Shown piece after piece: positions 53,467 to 63,099 of a stretch of DNA of 64,000 bases; within the stretch, counting starts at the first letter, position 1, and the number at the start of each line of letters is the position of its first letter. Location of the stretch: positions 235,821 to 299,820 of the forward strand of contig NW_019217895.1 in the NCBI RefSeq assembly GCF_002571385.2, written 5' to 3'. The notes under the pieces were generated by a model. That model ran no database searches. It was given only the letters and a program-made list of their open reading frames with translations, and was not told the origin of the DNA. The translations under genes and the position numbers were made by a program. Source of the stretch: Stylophora pistillata (lineage: Eukaryota).

Positions 53467-54221
53467 GCTACAATTGGCTTACCATAGTCATCGCCGTTAT
53501 CAATTTTTCGTGGTTCAGAAATTTGCCAAATTAGTTCACAGAATACTGTATTTAGGTCAGTGGTGTCAATCAGTTCCTCGAAAGCGAATTTTCTTATCGT
53601 TTTCTTTATTTTTTCTGAGAAAGGAAATAGTTTGCGCTAATTAAACCTTTCAGTTTTAAGAAGTTTGAATAACTCGTTTCATTATGTTACTGCATGATGG
53701 AGCATGAATTATTTGTGACAAAAGGTCTTCATTATCTTGTTGACGTGGATTCTAATATATGACAAAAACGTCTTTTTTGCTTTCCGCCCAACGACCGGAA
53801 TTTTGATTTCCTTGGATCTTTGAATTGGCTGCTGTCCTGAACAATCCTTGAACGCTAGAAATTTCAATTCACTGGGAATATATTCATCCGATGAGTTATG
53901 TAAAAATAAAGAAACGTAGATCTTTGTGCATGTCGCAACAATTTGCTTTAATTTTGCATCGTAAATGATAAACAAGATTAACATCACCATATGATTATAT
54001 ATCAAACAAAGTTAACAGTAGAAAAAGTTTCGAAAAATTTACTTTTATCAAACGCTCGTGTCTGTAGTAAGATTGAAAAGCGACAATCATTATATTACGT
54101 TGTATCTTTAAATACTATAGTTTTATCTATATAATTATAAATTGCGGGCAAGACTTGTTCTTCAGCTCTGTGCAACCCAAACCATCAGACTAAAGCTCAA
54201 AATATCAGTTCTGCGTTGCAT

Positions 54222-54584
54222 TTACAGTACGTTCATCATTTTAGAATTGAAAAATCCTTGAGAAGCCATGCCGTCCACGACCGGTCGATCTGGAACTTGT
54301 GGCTGGACTCCAGCGACAACCAGTGGATTTTCGGAGGCAAGGGGAACCGAAGTCACCTGTGATGGTTGAGGATTTGCACTCAAGACCAATTTGCCAGTGT
54401 CGGTATCAAATTCTAACTGTTCTTGTGTGGAATGGTCGCCGTGCGAACTGCTGTGGCTGATATGATGTTGTTGTGTCGAAGCATTCCCGTCTAACTGTAT
54501 GAGCGCTGTATGCTCTGGATCTTCCCTTTGTCCAAAGTTATCAGGATCCCTACGCCTGTCAGGAAACCTTTGCTTGTCTTCCAT
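54222..54584 (-). CDS. 120-aa putative precursor/modifier peptide A ('GFF-motif' peptide), probably disordered, no recognised family
   Basis: Single ORF with a paralog at 56843-57250. Both share MED(K/R)Q(R/K)FPxRR, QExLEFDxDTGKLV and QVPDRPVVDxMAxQGFFxxxMMNV(L/F), with aligned start and stop codons. Confidence 0.8.
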   Translation of the reverse strand: MEDKQRFPDRRRDPDNFGQREDPEHTALIQLDGNASTQQHHISHSSSHGDHSTQEQLEFDTDTGKLVLSANPQPSQVTSVPLASENPLVVAGVQPQVPDRPVVDGMASQGFFNSKMMNVL

Positions 54585-54703
54585 TATGAATTTCGGTCTT
54601 CAAGAAGTGTTCTGTTTGAATACTTAGTGGTAAACACCCAAATTAAAAGCGAGCTGTTCGTTATGTTCTTATGAAAGAAACGAAACGGAATGAAAAATTA
54701 ACG

Positions 54704-54719
54704 CGCATGCGTATTTACG
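54704..54719 (-). promoter_or_regulatory. Conserved 16-bp upstream element CGCATGCGTATTTACG (NRF1-like plus Fox-like), shared with the paralog
   Basis: An identical 16-mer lies at 57363-57378. The copies sit 120 and 113 bp upstream of the two peptide ATGs, while the flanks have diverged. Confidence 0.6.
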
Positions 54720-54912
54720 GTTCAAACCATCTGACAGGTGAAGAGTGGCACGCCCAGTACGGTCGGCGTCCGAAAGAATCGTTTTCGTCGCGGTGTGTTT
54801 TGTATTCTTGCTGCAGGTTCGGTCACCAATAATGAAATCTAAATAAGTTTAGAGTGCATCGAAGAAATGAATTATCTCTCAAAGGAACAAGTCTCATACT
54901 AATTATCATTAA

Positions 54913-54972
<60 letters not shown>

Positions 54973-55079
54973 CGAGCCAATATACCATAGTCTAATATCC
55001 GTACATTGTAACATCCGGTTTCTTCTTACAAAATAAAGTCGAGAAGGTTTTTGTAATATCTTGGGGGCGTTTTCTTTTT

Positions 55080-55125
55080 TAATAAAACAATTATTCCACT
55101 CGCGCTTGTTGAATATGAGATGATT

Positions 55126-55183
<58 letters not shown>

Positions 55184-55205
55184 GCTCGTGGAATAACTGT
55201 TAAAT
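55080..55205. mobile_element. Palindromic MITE arm/hairpin
   Basis: aacaattattccactcgcgcttgttgaatatgagatgat...atcatctcatatccaacgcgcgctcgtggaataactgtt. Confidence 0.75.
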
Positions 55206-55501
55206 ATCCCATAGCTCCTTTCTAGCTTTAAATATCTCTTAACGGTGGCCAAAAAAGTCAGTTGATAAAACCAAATCATTTTGTACATGGAATACCCCCC
55301 ACCGATGTGGCATCACAGTTTTCCTTTCGTCCCATGAATATCTTCGAAGATATTGATACGATTTGTCTATCTAGTAGCCTATGTGATAAAAACTATGAAA
55401 AAACCTTTATTCTGCATGCGTGGATTTGTTAGGTGAAAAAATAACAGGTTAGGATTAGTCGTGGTGAAATCTTCAATGTTATCACGGTGAAATTTTGTAG
55501 C

Positions 55502-55533
<32 letters not shown>
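55502..55533. repeat. (TAGA)n microsatellite
   Basis: About 8 units directly visible. Confidence 0.95.
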
Positions 55534-56842
55534 CAAATGACCTTTATTTATACAGGATAATATTTTACCGCTCCAAGCAGGTGGGGCTGTGTGAAAAAAG
55601 AAAGGAAAATTACACTTTACGTAAAAATTACGTAAAAATAACCTAAAGTAAAAAAGAAATAGACAATGTATATATTATACTTATAAGTGAAAAAAAAAAT
55701 CAGTGTGTGTAAAGTGATCAATGGAAACGGAGAGTAGGTCAAATTTGAATTTTGTTTAAGTATCCTCTGGTGAGTAGGTGTTTTTTCAGAGAATTGAGCG
55801 AGCGTCCAACTTATTGTTCATTGTGGAAAACTGTGTTTCGTAACACAGTAGCCTGCTGAGCATATCCACCAAGTGATATGCCCTAACTCAAAAAAAGAAA
55901 AAAATTATCAAAGGAATTTTTCATGTCTCTAAATGCTCTATCACAACATTTCAATACAAATTGTTATTTTCAGCGATTCGATTGTTTTCTTTGTCTTCTT
56001 TTCTAAGAAAGAACGACAGTTTGTACCAAGTGATTATACATCTTCCGGTTGTTCCCAGAAATTTAGATTTTGTTGATGTAAGTAGATCTATTCTTGGCAT
56101 TTGCTCACGCAATACATGACGCACGACGAATAAAAAATAATTTTTACTTTCTTCACGTGATCAAAAAAGGATTGTGAAATGACATGAAACTAATAGCATA
56201 AGATGCCTATTTTTGCCCATTGCATCAGTTTTCGGTTTAAGGGTTGGGAGTTCGATTAGTATGTCGCATTAAAAATTTAATATTCATCTTTTCTTGGAAT
56301 TTTCCCTTGTTCTATTGTTTACATATCGATTTCTAAAAAGTTAATATTGTTGGGTTGTTAAAGAAATTGTCAATTCGAAAGGTCAGTGATAATGTTGTTA
56401 GTTTTCTATGCTTCAAAATAAAGAGAAGTATCTGTCAGAACATCGCAGAAATTGTATTTAATTGAATAAATGATGCATTTACATTGCGCATTCTCCTTAT
56501 CAATATACTCTAGTTCCCTTTACAACACTTTGCGGCGGGGACTTTGGCCAGACTGCATCGAGCAGTTTACAATTTCGCAGAAAATTAAAAAGCATCGCTT
56601 TTCCATTGCACAGTGTTACATTCTATCGAAGTACATAAAGTTTTTGTTGAATTTAGAAAGCTTGTATACAGAATGGATAAATTGAAAAGCGGGCGTAAAA
56701 TTACGATTTGCTCTTTGACAAGTTATTATGGCACCACGTTTTGTACTAAATAGTCTACATTACACAGGCCTCATTCTACGGCTAAAGACACTTCATACCT
56801 TGAAGGCAACCTTGATTTCTAGCTAGTAGTTCCAAGATGCGT

Positions 56843-57250
56843 TTAAAAAACGTTCATCATTTGGAAGTAGAAAAATCCTTGAGCAGCCATGGCGTCCACA
56901 ACCGGTCGATCTGGAACTTGTGCGCGGACTTCGAGTACAGCCACGGAACTTTCGCGAACAAAAGGTGCTTGTGGTGCCTGTGAATTCCTACAAACCACGA
57001 GTTTCCCTGTATCTTTATCAAATTCTAACCTCTCCTGCGCCGAATCGTCTGGGCGTCGATTGCTGTAGTTAACTGGCTGCTGCTGTGTCGTAACGGTCGT
57101 AGCGGAACGTTCTTGCGAGGAACCGTCTCGGCGTCGATTGGTGTAGTTGACTGGCTGATGGCTTGCACTGGCACTTCCCTCCGTACGCTGTGAACTTTCA
57201 AATCCGGAGTCTGCTAGTCTCCTAGGTGGAAACTTCTGTCTGTCTTCCAT
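56843..57250 (-). CDS. 135-aa putative precursor/modifier peptide B ('GFF-motif' peptide) with an internal 26-aa duplication
   Basis: Paralog of 54222-54584 with the same three conserved blocks. Internal repeat QPVNYTNRRRDGSSQER / QPVNYSNRRPDDSAQER. Confidence 0.8.
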   Translation of the reverse strand: MEDRQKFPPRRLADSGFESSQRTEGSASASHQPVNYTNRRRDGSSQERSATTVTTQQQPVNYSNRRPDDSAQERLEFDKDTGKLVVCRNSQAPQAPFVRESSVAVLEVRAQVPDRPVVDAMAAQGFFYFQMMNVF

Positions 57251-57386
57251 TGAGAATCTTCAGAAGCAAGAAGTGCTATATTTGAGAACGTACAGAGGCA
57301 CACTGAGTCCTAGACCACTTTGTTGTTTTAACGTAAGCAAGATGTGAAAGCGGAAATCTCTACGCATGCGTATTTACGTCGACATA

Positions 57387-57395
57387 TTCCTAGAA
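57387..57395. promoter_or_regulatory. GAS/STAT-like site TTCCTAGAA upstream of peptide B
   Basis: TTCN3GAA 137 bp upstream of the ATG, with equivalents upstream of both JAB genes. Confidence 0.45.
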
Positions 57396-58365
57396 CTGTT
57401 TATTTTCTTTTAAAGTGCAACTCATTTAAATATCCACACAGACTTTTTCAGGCTTTTTGATGCCTCACCGTGTTGCATCCAGGCTGGATTTAAAAGCCCA
57501 TTCTCTGGCGAATTGTGAGAATTTTCACGATAAGAAACGATTTGAATACGCCGGACAAATGTCTAATTTATCACCCCAAAATATCATACGAGTATATCGC
57601 AATTCTTGAGAATGTTTATGTTTTCTTTCAAGAATAAACAATTTGTGCTATTCATTGCCAGAGAAAACGTCTTTCTAATCCTTATCATTTTCTTTAATCT
57701 AAATTTCGCTTGTAAATGAAAATAGTTATTACTTTTCTCAGAGGGGGAACGACAGAAATGCTTTATGACTAGATTCCTACAACTTATTCAACTCATTTAA
57801 GTTTTCACTCGTTTTAGAGTGGAAAGCGGTCAGTCGGGTAGTACTGACTAATTACCAAGAAGCGAAATTTTACTACTAACTCCTACCAACATAAAGGCTC
57901 GGTGTATCCAGCATTGCACTTAAACTTGAAAAAAATTTTCATCGGTAGCCACGACCATTTCGTTGAAGGAGACCAGCCGAACATCTTATAAGTAGATTTC
58001 TACAATTTATAGCAGTTTTCATTCGTTTTCGAAGGCAAAACGGTCAATCGGGCAGCACTGACTAATATCCCAGGAGCAAAATTCTACTCTTAACTGTTAT
58101 GACAACCAAGAAGACATAGCGGTTGGGAATGACTAAAGACGCCAGGGAAGATCGGCATATGAAGTGCTACACATTCTTGAAACAAACCTTTTCGCAGATA
58201 GCCAACGACCAAATAAGTAACGGCCGTCTATCATTTATTTTCAACGGTATCAATGAGGCTACCTTATGCTATATATTGTCAATTGTAAAAATTCTTCTTA
58301 GCTGGTGTCTTGTTAATTTCAGAGAAATTCATTTGTACACAAAATGCTGAAATAGCCATACTGAT

Positions 58366-59571
58366 CTATTTGGGGGAAAATTGTTTGTGTTGTTCAAAGG
58401 TTGGACTGCCACGAGTAAGGGGATCATCAACATCTATCTTCTTAATATTTCTTTCTTCTTCTTCTTTACTTTCATCATTCACTTTTTGGATGAACACCTT
58501 TCTGCTAGGGAGAAATTCCATTTCAAGTTGCAAAGTTGCGGATCCTTTTTTAATAAGGTATGGATGGATAGCAACCACTTTATCCTGTATCTTAGAAACT
58601 AGGACTAAAAGACCTCCACCAGGATACTCTCGCCGCATTCCGCACAAGTCTTCCTCAGATGGTCCACCTGTCTCCCCTGTTTTGAGAATGTATTTTCCAA
58701 TATTCTCTAAAGGGTAACCTGGAGCCAAGTTATCTCTGGTTTGCATGGTAGCTGTGGGCTGTTTGTGTGAGGAAAGAGGCTGCAGTTCTTTTCCATTTTT
58801 TTTCTTGGGTTCTAGAACCAGATGCAAGACAGGCATGCCGTGACTCGTCCACAACCCAAGCAATTCACCTTCCATTTCATTCCCATCAGAGAGAGACAGC
58901 CTATTTTCAATCATCTGTTTGTCACCTTCAAACATGTAAGCACATGCTTTCCTGTCGTAAGTTTCTTTATTAGGCGATTTTTCCACTTTTCGATATTGAG
59001 GGGTTCTCATGTGTACATGGGCAGTGGTGCTTCGATCTTCGTCTTTCTTAATATATTCGTTAATGACATCTATTTTCCTGAAGGGGCTACAAGAACTGCC
59101 AAGTGGGCTAATTTCACCCCTTTCGTAAGTAGTCTGCCCTTGTCTGTAAAGGTAAGGCGAAAGTGTGACCTCCCCGCTCGACAAAATATTAGCAATGATC
59201 AGGATAAACCCACGCGCTCCTCTAGGAAAGTTCCGAATGACGGTCGAAGAATCTCCCGTGCTCGGCTCTGATAAACGCAATTTGTGGTGGGAATGCCATT
59301 CTCCGATGTGACAGAGCAGAAACTGCTCCGTCAGCAACCGTCCAACACGCTCCAAGTAGGGAATGCTCTGGTAGAACGATACTTCTGTGCGAGCGCAGCC
59401 AACTGCAGGACCAAGCACGACGTGCAAAACTGGTTCTTCATTGTTATTCCACAAACCAAACAGATTTCCACCAGTTTCCTTCGCCGGATGAAGCTTCACT
59501 AAATCCTTCATCAGTTGAATGTCTTCCTCGTACATATGCACTTGAAATTGCCTCCCGTGTGTTGTCCCCAT
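58366..59571 (-). CDS. Tandem JAB/MPN protein 1: N-terminal active JAMM domain plus C-terminal degenerate copy; intronless CDS
   Basis: Domain 1: ETGGNLFGLW...HIGEWHSHHKLRLSEPSTGD (E...HxH...SxxD). Domain 2: EMEGELLGLWTSHGMPVLHLVL...NIGKYILK...PSEED, lacking both Zn-binding His. Confidence 0.9.
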   Translation of the reverse strand: MGTTHGRQFQVHMYEEDIQLMKDLVKLHPAKETGGNLFGLWNNNEEPVLHVVLGPAVGCARTEVSFYQSIPYLERVGRLLTEQFLLCHIGEWHSHHKLRLSEPSTGDSSTVIRNFPRGARGFILIIANILSSGEVTLSPYLYRQGQTTYERGEISPLGSSCSPFRKIDVINEYIKKDEDRSTTAHVHMRTPQYRKVEKSPNKETYDRKACAYMFEGDKQMIENRLSLSDGNEMEGELLGLWTSHGMPVLHLVLEPKKKNGKELQPLSSHKQPTATMQTRDNLAPGYPLENIGKYILKTGETGGPSEEDLCGMRREYPGGGLLVLVSKIQDKVVAIHPYLIKKGSATLQLEMEFLPSRKVFIQKVNDESKEEEERNIKKIDVDDPLTRGSPTFEQHKQFSPK

Positions 59572-59688
59572 CTTTGGTCGGTTAATCTAAGGTTCAAGCC
59601 GAAGTAGAACTTTAGCCGACACCAAAGTTATAACCAACAATTAAGTTTAGTTGCGTTACAAACCGTAGACCTCACTTCATCTGAATAC

Positions 59689-59697
59689 TTCCGAGAA
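59689..59697. promoter_or_regulatory. GAS/STAT-like site TTCCGAGAA upstream of JAB gene 1
   Basis: TTCN3GAA 118 bp upstream of the ATG. Confidence 0.45.
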
Positions 59698-60374
59698 ACG
59701 TTGTTCTTAAAATAACCCAAACTGTGGATATCTAGTACATTTGCGGTTATAAGTATTTACTCCAAATGAGTTGTATAACATGTGTCAACTTACTCTCTTT
59801 GGCATATATATTTAGAGGGCGAGGATGTGCAAAATATTACCTTCAAACAATTAAAAGTGCGAGTTCTAGTGTAGTGACAGCTGGTGGGTTTTAGTTTTAT
59901 TCCGGCTTTTCTTAGAAATGTTTGTTTTATTCGTGTCACGCAGGTCACAGCGAAGATACAATATCCGCTTCTGAGAAAATCGATGAGCTGGAAAGTATTG
60001 CCAGCATTATTCTCAATTAGAAAAAACCGCTATGGCGTTACTGTTACCAGAAATGAAAGAGCAAGAGTGTAAATTGATATTCATGCTTGTTAACCATCGG
60101 CAAAACGGAAGACGATTACTTAACAGCTATAAAACTCGCAAGAAAAACGTTATTATGGTTCTCGTTTTGTGTAGCTTTATAGCGAGCATTTAGTAAAATT
60201 TTCAAAACCGGATTAATTACTGGAAAGCGAATGATTTTTTTAAATAAACTTTGTGCAAAGATTCATGATTACACTGAAGGAGTAGGCAAATGGTGCTGGT
60301 GAACAAAGTATTTTTTATTTCTTTAATTCGATTTAAGATTAAACACACCTAATCGATTTTGAATTAAATTTTTG

Positions 60375-60376
<2 letters not shown>

Positions 60377-60407
<31 letters not shown>
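60377..60407. repeat. (AT)n microsatellite
   Basis: Directly visible. Confidence 0.95.
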
Positions 60408-60411
<4 letters not shown>

Positions 60412-60808
60412 TGCATTGTTTTTCATTCTTACATCTAATAAAATGATTTTACACTAAAACTACAGTATATGGAAAGATTGCTTATGAAAATAAGAAAGAT
60501 AAATTCCCGAACGGCAGACGAAATACTTTTTTGTGACTATTATTTTCTCAATGACTATCAGTGTCGTCTTTTACATAAGACACTATCCCTCCGAAAGTGA
60601 CAAATAAAATGAACTGAGAATGATATGGTCTGAATATTATGTCTTCCGAAAGCAAAAAGAAGTTTCTTTCCCTCCATGAGTATTCAAATAGCTGCCCTTC
60701 AGTGGCTCGGAGCAAAGCACGTTTGATGTCCCTCTGCTCTATGTTACTTATGACCAGTTTTACATTTGAAAATGCTTATCGTTACATTTGAATTCCGTCG
60801 TTGCAGAT

Positions 60809-62143
60809 TCACCTCCAGGGTAGTTGGGCACTGGATGGACTTCGCACCCCTCCATTTGGTGCTTGGGGAGTAACCTTTAAGAAATTTGACCCCGAGGACC
60901 TTTTTAAAAAGGGGCTGTAAGAGGATTGCAGAGGACTAAGGCTACTTGTAGCTCTTGGATAACGTGAGTGTTCCCTGACTTCACTTCCCTTCTCCTTTTG
61001 GTATTTTATCTTCTCGATCTTGTTAAAGGGATTCTCATTGCGAAGACCCTGTACTGTTCCCGCTTTATCAAAGCTATATGTGGATCTCTCAGTGTAAAGA
61101 TACGGGGATAATCTCACAGAACCATACGACTCGATGTTGCCAATGATCAGAAGAAAGCCCTGTGTCCCTCGAGGGTAGTTTCTTATCACAGTCGTCGAAT
61201 CGCCTTGGCTTGGTTGGAAAAGTCGCAGCTGATGATGTGAGTGCCATTCTCCAATGTGGCATAACAAGTAGTCTTGAGTAAGAAGGTTGCCGTTTCTTTG
61301 CAGATAGGGAATATCTTGATAAAAGGAGGCGCCAGTCCGTTTGCAATTCTGACCTGGCCCCAGAGCGATATGTATGACTGCGTCACCATTAGTGGTCCAC
61401 AAACCAAACAGGTCTCCTCCAGTCTCTAGATGAGGATATGCAAGAATGTACTTTTCTATCCTCTCGATGTCTTCTTCAAACATAAATACCTTGAAATCAC
61501 GAGATGAGCTCCGCTGGTAGCCAGAAGAAAAGAACGTGCTTCTCTGCTGTATACCTCCTTTATCCAAATTTCTTGGAAAAGCTTCACCTGCATGAGTAAT
61601 TTCACCGTAGGGATCTTTTTGGAGATATGAAGAGCTGGGGTAAACTTCGGAGGTAGACCATTCCATTTCTTCCTCCACCTCAAAACCCTCGTTCAAACGA
61701 CTGCCTGTGTCGATTTCTCTAAATGGGCTTTCAGTTTTCAGAACTTCAACGTCGAGGGCTTTTGGAGAACCTCTCTTCAAGTTGACGATGAATAGCCGAA
61801 GCGTGACTTCTTGTCCTGAACGTTTGAGACTGACTGTCGTTTCAAGAAATTTACCTTCTGTATTATGACTGCAGTTTTTAACGTCTCTCTGACTTCTTCG
61901 TGTGCTAAGTCGCTTTAAAGAATAGCCATAATACCAATCACCGATATGCGAAAGCGAAAGATCCTTTCCAACTTCGCAGGAATGCTCTCTTGAAACGATG
62001 TGGATTACAGGTTCGCCATCGGTTGTCCACAAACCAAATAGATTTCCACTTAGTGCCTCTGGCTTAGTATTGGAAGGAACAAGCTTCTCAAAGACATCAT
62101 ATTCGCTCTGGAATATATAAACCCTCTTCTTCGAAGCAGCCAT
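60809..62143 (-). CDS. Tandem JAB/MPN protein 2: N-terminal degenerate copy plus C-terminal active JAMM domain; intronless CDS
   Basis: Domain 1: ALSGNLFGLWTTDGEPVIHIV...HIGDWYYGY (HxH replaced by YxG). Domain 2: ETGGDLFGLWTTNGDAVIHIALGPG...HIGEWHSHHQLRLFQPSQGD. An acceptor-like tctttctctaaacag lies just before the ATG. Confidence 0.9.
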   Translation of the reverse strand: MAASKKRVYIFQSEYDVFEKLVPSNTKPEALSGNLFGLWTTDGEPVIHIVSREHSCEVGKDLSLSHIGDWYYGYSLKRLSTRRSQRDVKNCSHNTEGKFLETTVSLKRSGQEVTLRLFIVNLKRGSPKALDVEVLKTESPFREIDTGSRLNEGFEVEEEMEWSTSEVYPSSSYLQKDPYGEITHAGEAFPRNLDKGGIQQRSTFFSSGYQRSSSRDFKVFMFEEDIERIEKYILAYPHLETGGDLFGLWTTNGDAVIHIALGPGQNCKRTGASFYQDIPYLQRNGNLLTQDYLLCHIGEWHSHHQLRLFQPSQGDSTTVIRNYPRGTQGFLLIIGNIESYGSVRLSPYLYTERSTYSFDKAGTVQGLRNENPFNKIEKIKYQKEKGSEVREHSRYPRATSSLSPLQSSYSPFLKRSSGSNFLKVTPQAPNGGVRSPSSAQLPWR

Positions 62144-62262
62144 ACCTGTTTAGAGAAAGAGAACGCTAAATCACGGAGTCGAGAAAGGACGCCGTTGAGC
62201 TTTGTTTACGGAATGGTGTCTGTTTAACAACCTCTTCACTCATGCGCAACGAGTCAATTGAT

Positions 62263-62276
62263 TTCTGGGAATTTCG
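62263..62276. promoter_or_regulatory. GAS/STAT-like site TTCTGGGAA overlapping a kappaB-like GGGAATTTCG, upstream of JAB gene 2
   Basis: TTCN3GAA 120 bp upstream of the ATG; its reverse complement is TTCCCAGAA. Confidence 0.45.
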
Positions 62277-63099
62277 ATGCTATTTGCATTTCAGTTAATC
62301 TGGGTCCGTGGCCGTGGTCCTAAAACCACTTTCAGTAAGAATTATTTTCAATATATGGACAGTAGTTACTAGATGAAACTTAAAGGAATAAATTGTGTTG
62401 ACGATTATGACAGTCATTCGTGACCTTTTACCCTAAATTCGTCAGTACATCTTTCACAACTCTAATTTAGTTTGTAACGTGGGAATCATTAAATATTCTG
62501 TTTTTCGAAACTATACATATTGGTTTCGAAGTCGACATGTCCTTAGTTGTTCAATTCATTGAAAGCATCAATAATTTCCTTTGTCACGTAAAACTCTCAG
62601 AGATCCATTTGGCAAGCGGTGTCGTGACATTCAACTTTTACATGTCTACCGATTTTTCGTTGAAAGGTTGAAATAGCCCGTTTGCAATATATACAATATA
62701 TACCGTTTGCAATATATATATACGAATGACAGGGGAAGGAAAGCCCTTTAATGAATTTAACCTTTTTCCTCAACAGGGTACGAGTTTTATAAATTGTTAC
62801 TCATAATTTGCAGATTTAGTAATCAAAGGTCACAGATAATGGCTTAGATTAACTATTCTGCTATTGCGACGAGGCTCACATGGCTTGAGTAATTATCTAT
62901 CTTCGTCGCAGCTGTTTTTCAGACTTGATCCTAAATTATCTTCTTTCATAGACACTATCCAGCCTCTAAGACGGTTTTAATCTAAGTATTGCGTTCGATA
63001 TGTTGGACTGGACGCGTCTGTAAATCTAAACCATGCCTACGTCACAGCGTTGGAAACAAAAAGATTCAAATTTACCAAATTATTCTTAGCGTTCATGAA

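Noticed and set aside
54222-57250. Neuropeptide or toxin precursors, or canonical ubiquitin-like proteins
   Set aside because: No signal peptide, no G-K/R amidation cassettes, no Cys framework, no beta-grasp pattern and no terminal GG.
58310-59502. Plus-strand ORFs overlapping JAB gene 1
   Set aside because: Antisense shadows of a real CDS with no independent support.
58366-62143. Canonical Rpn11/CSN5/AMSH/BRCC36 orthologs, or bacterial contamination
   Set aside because: Motifs and domain layout differ from those families. The intergenic DNA contains host MITEs and microsatellites, with kb-scale spacing unlike a bacterial operon.
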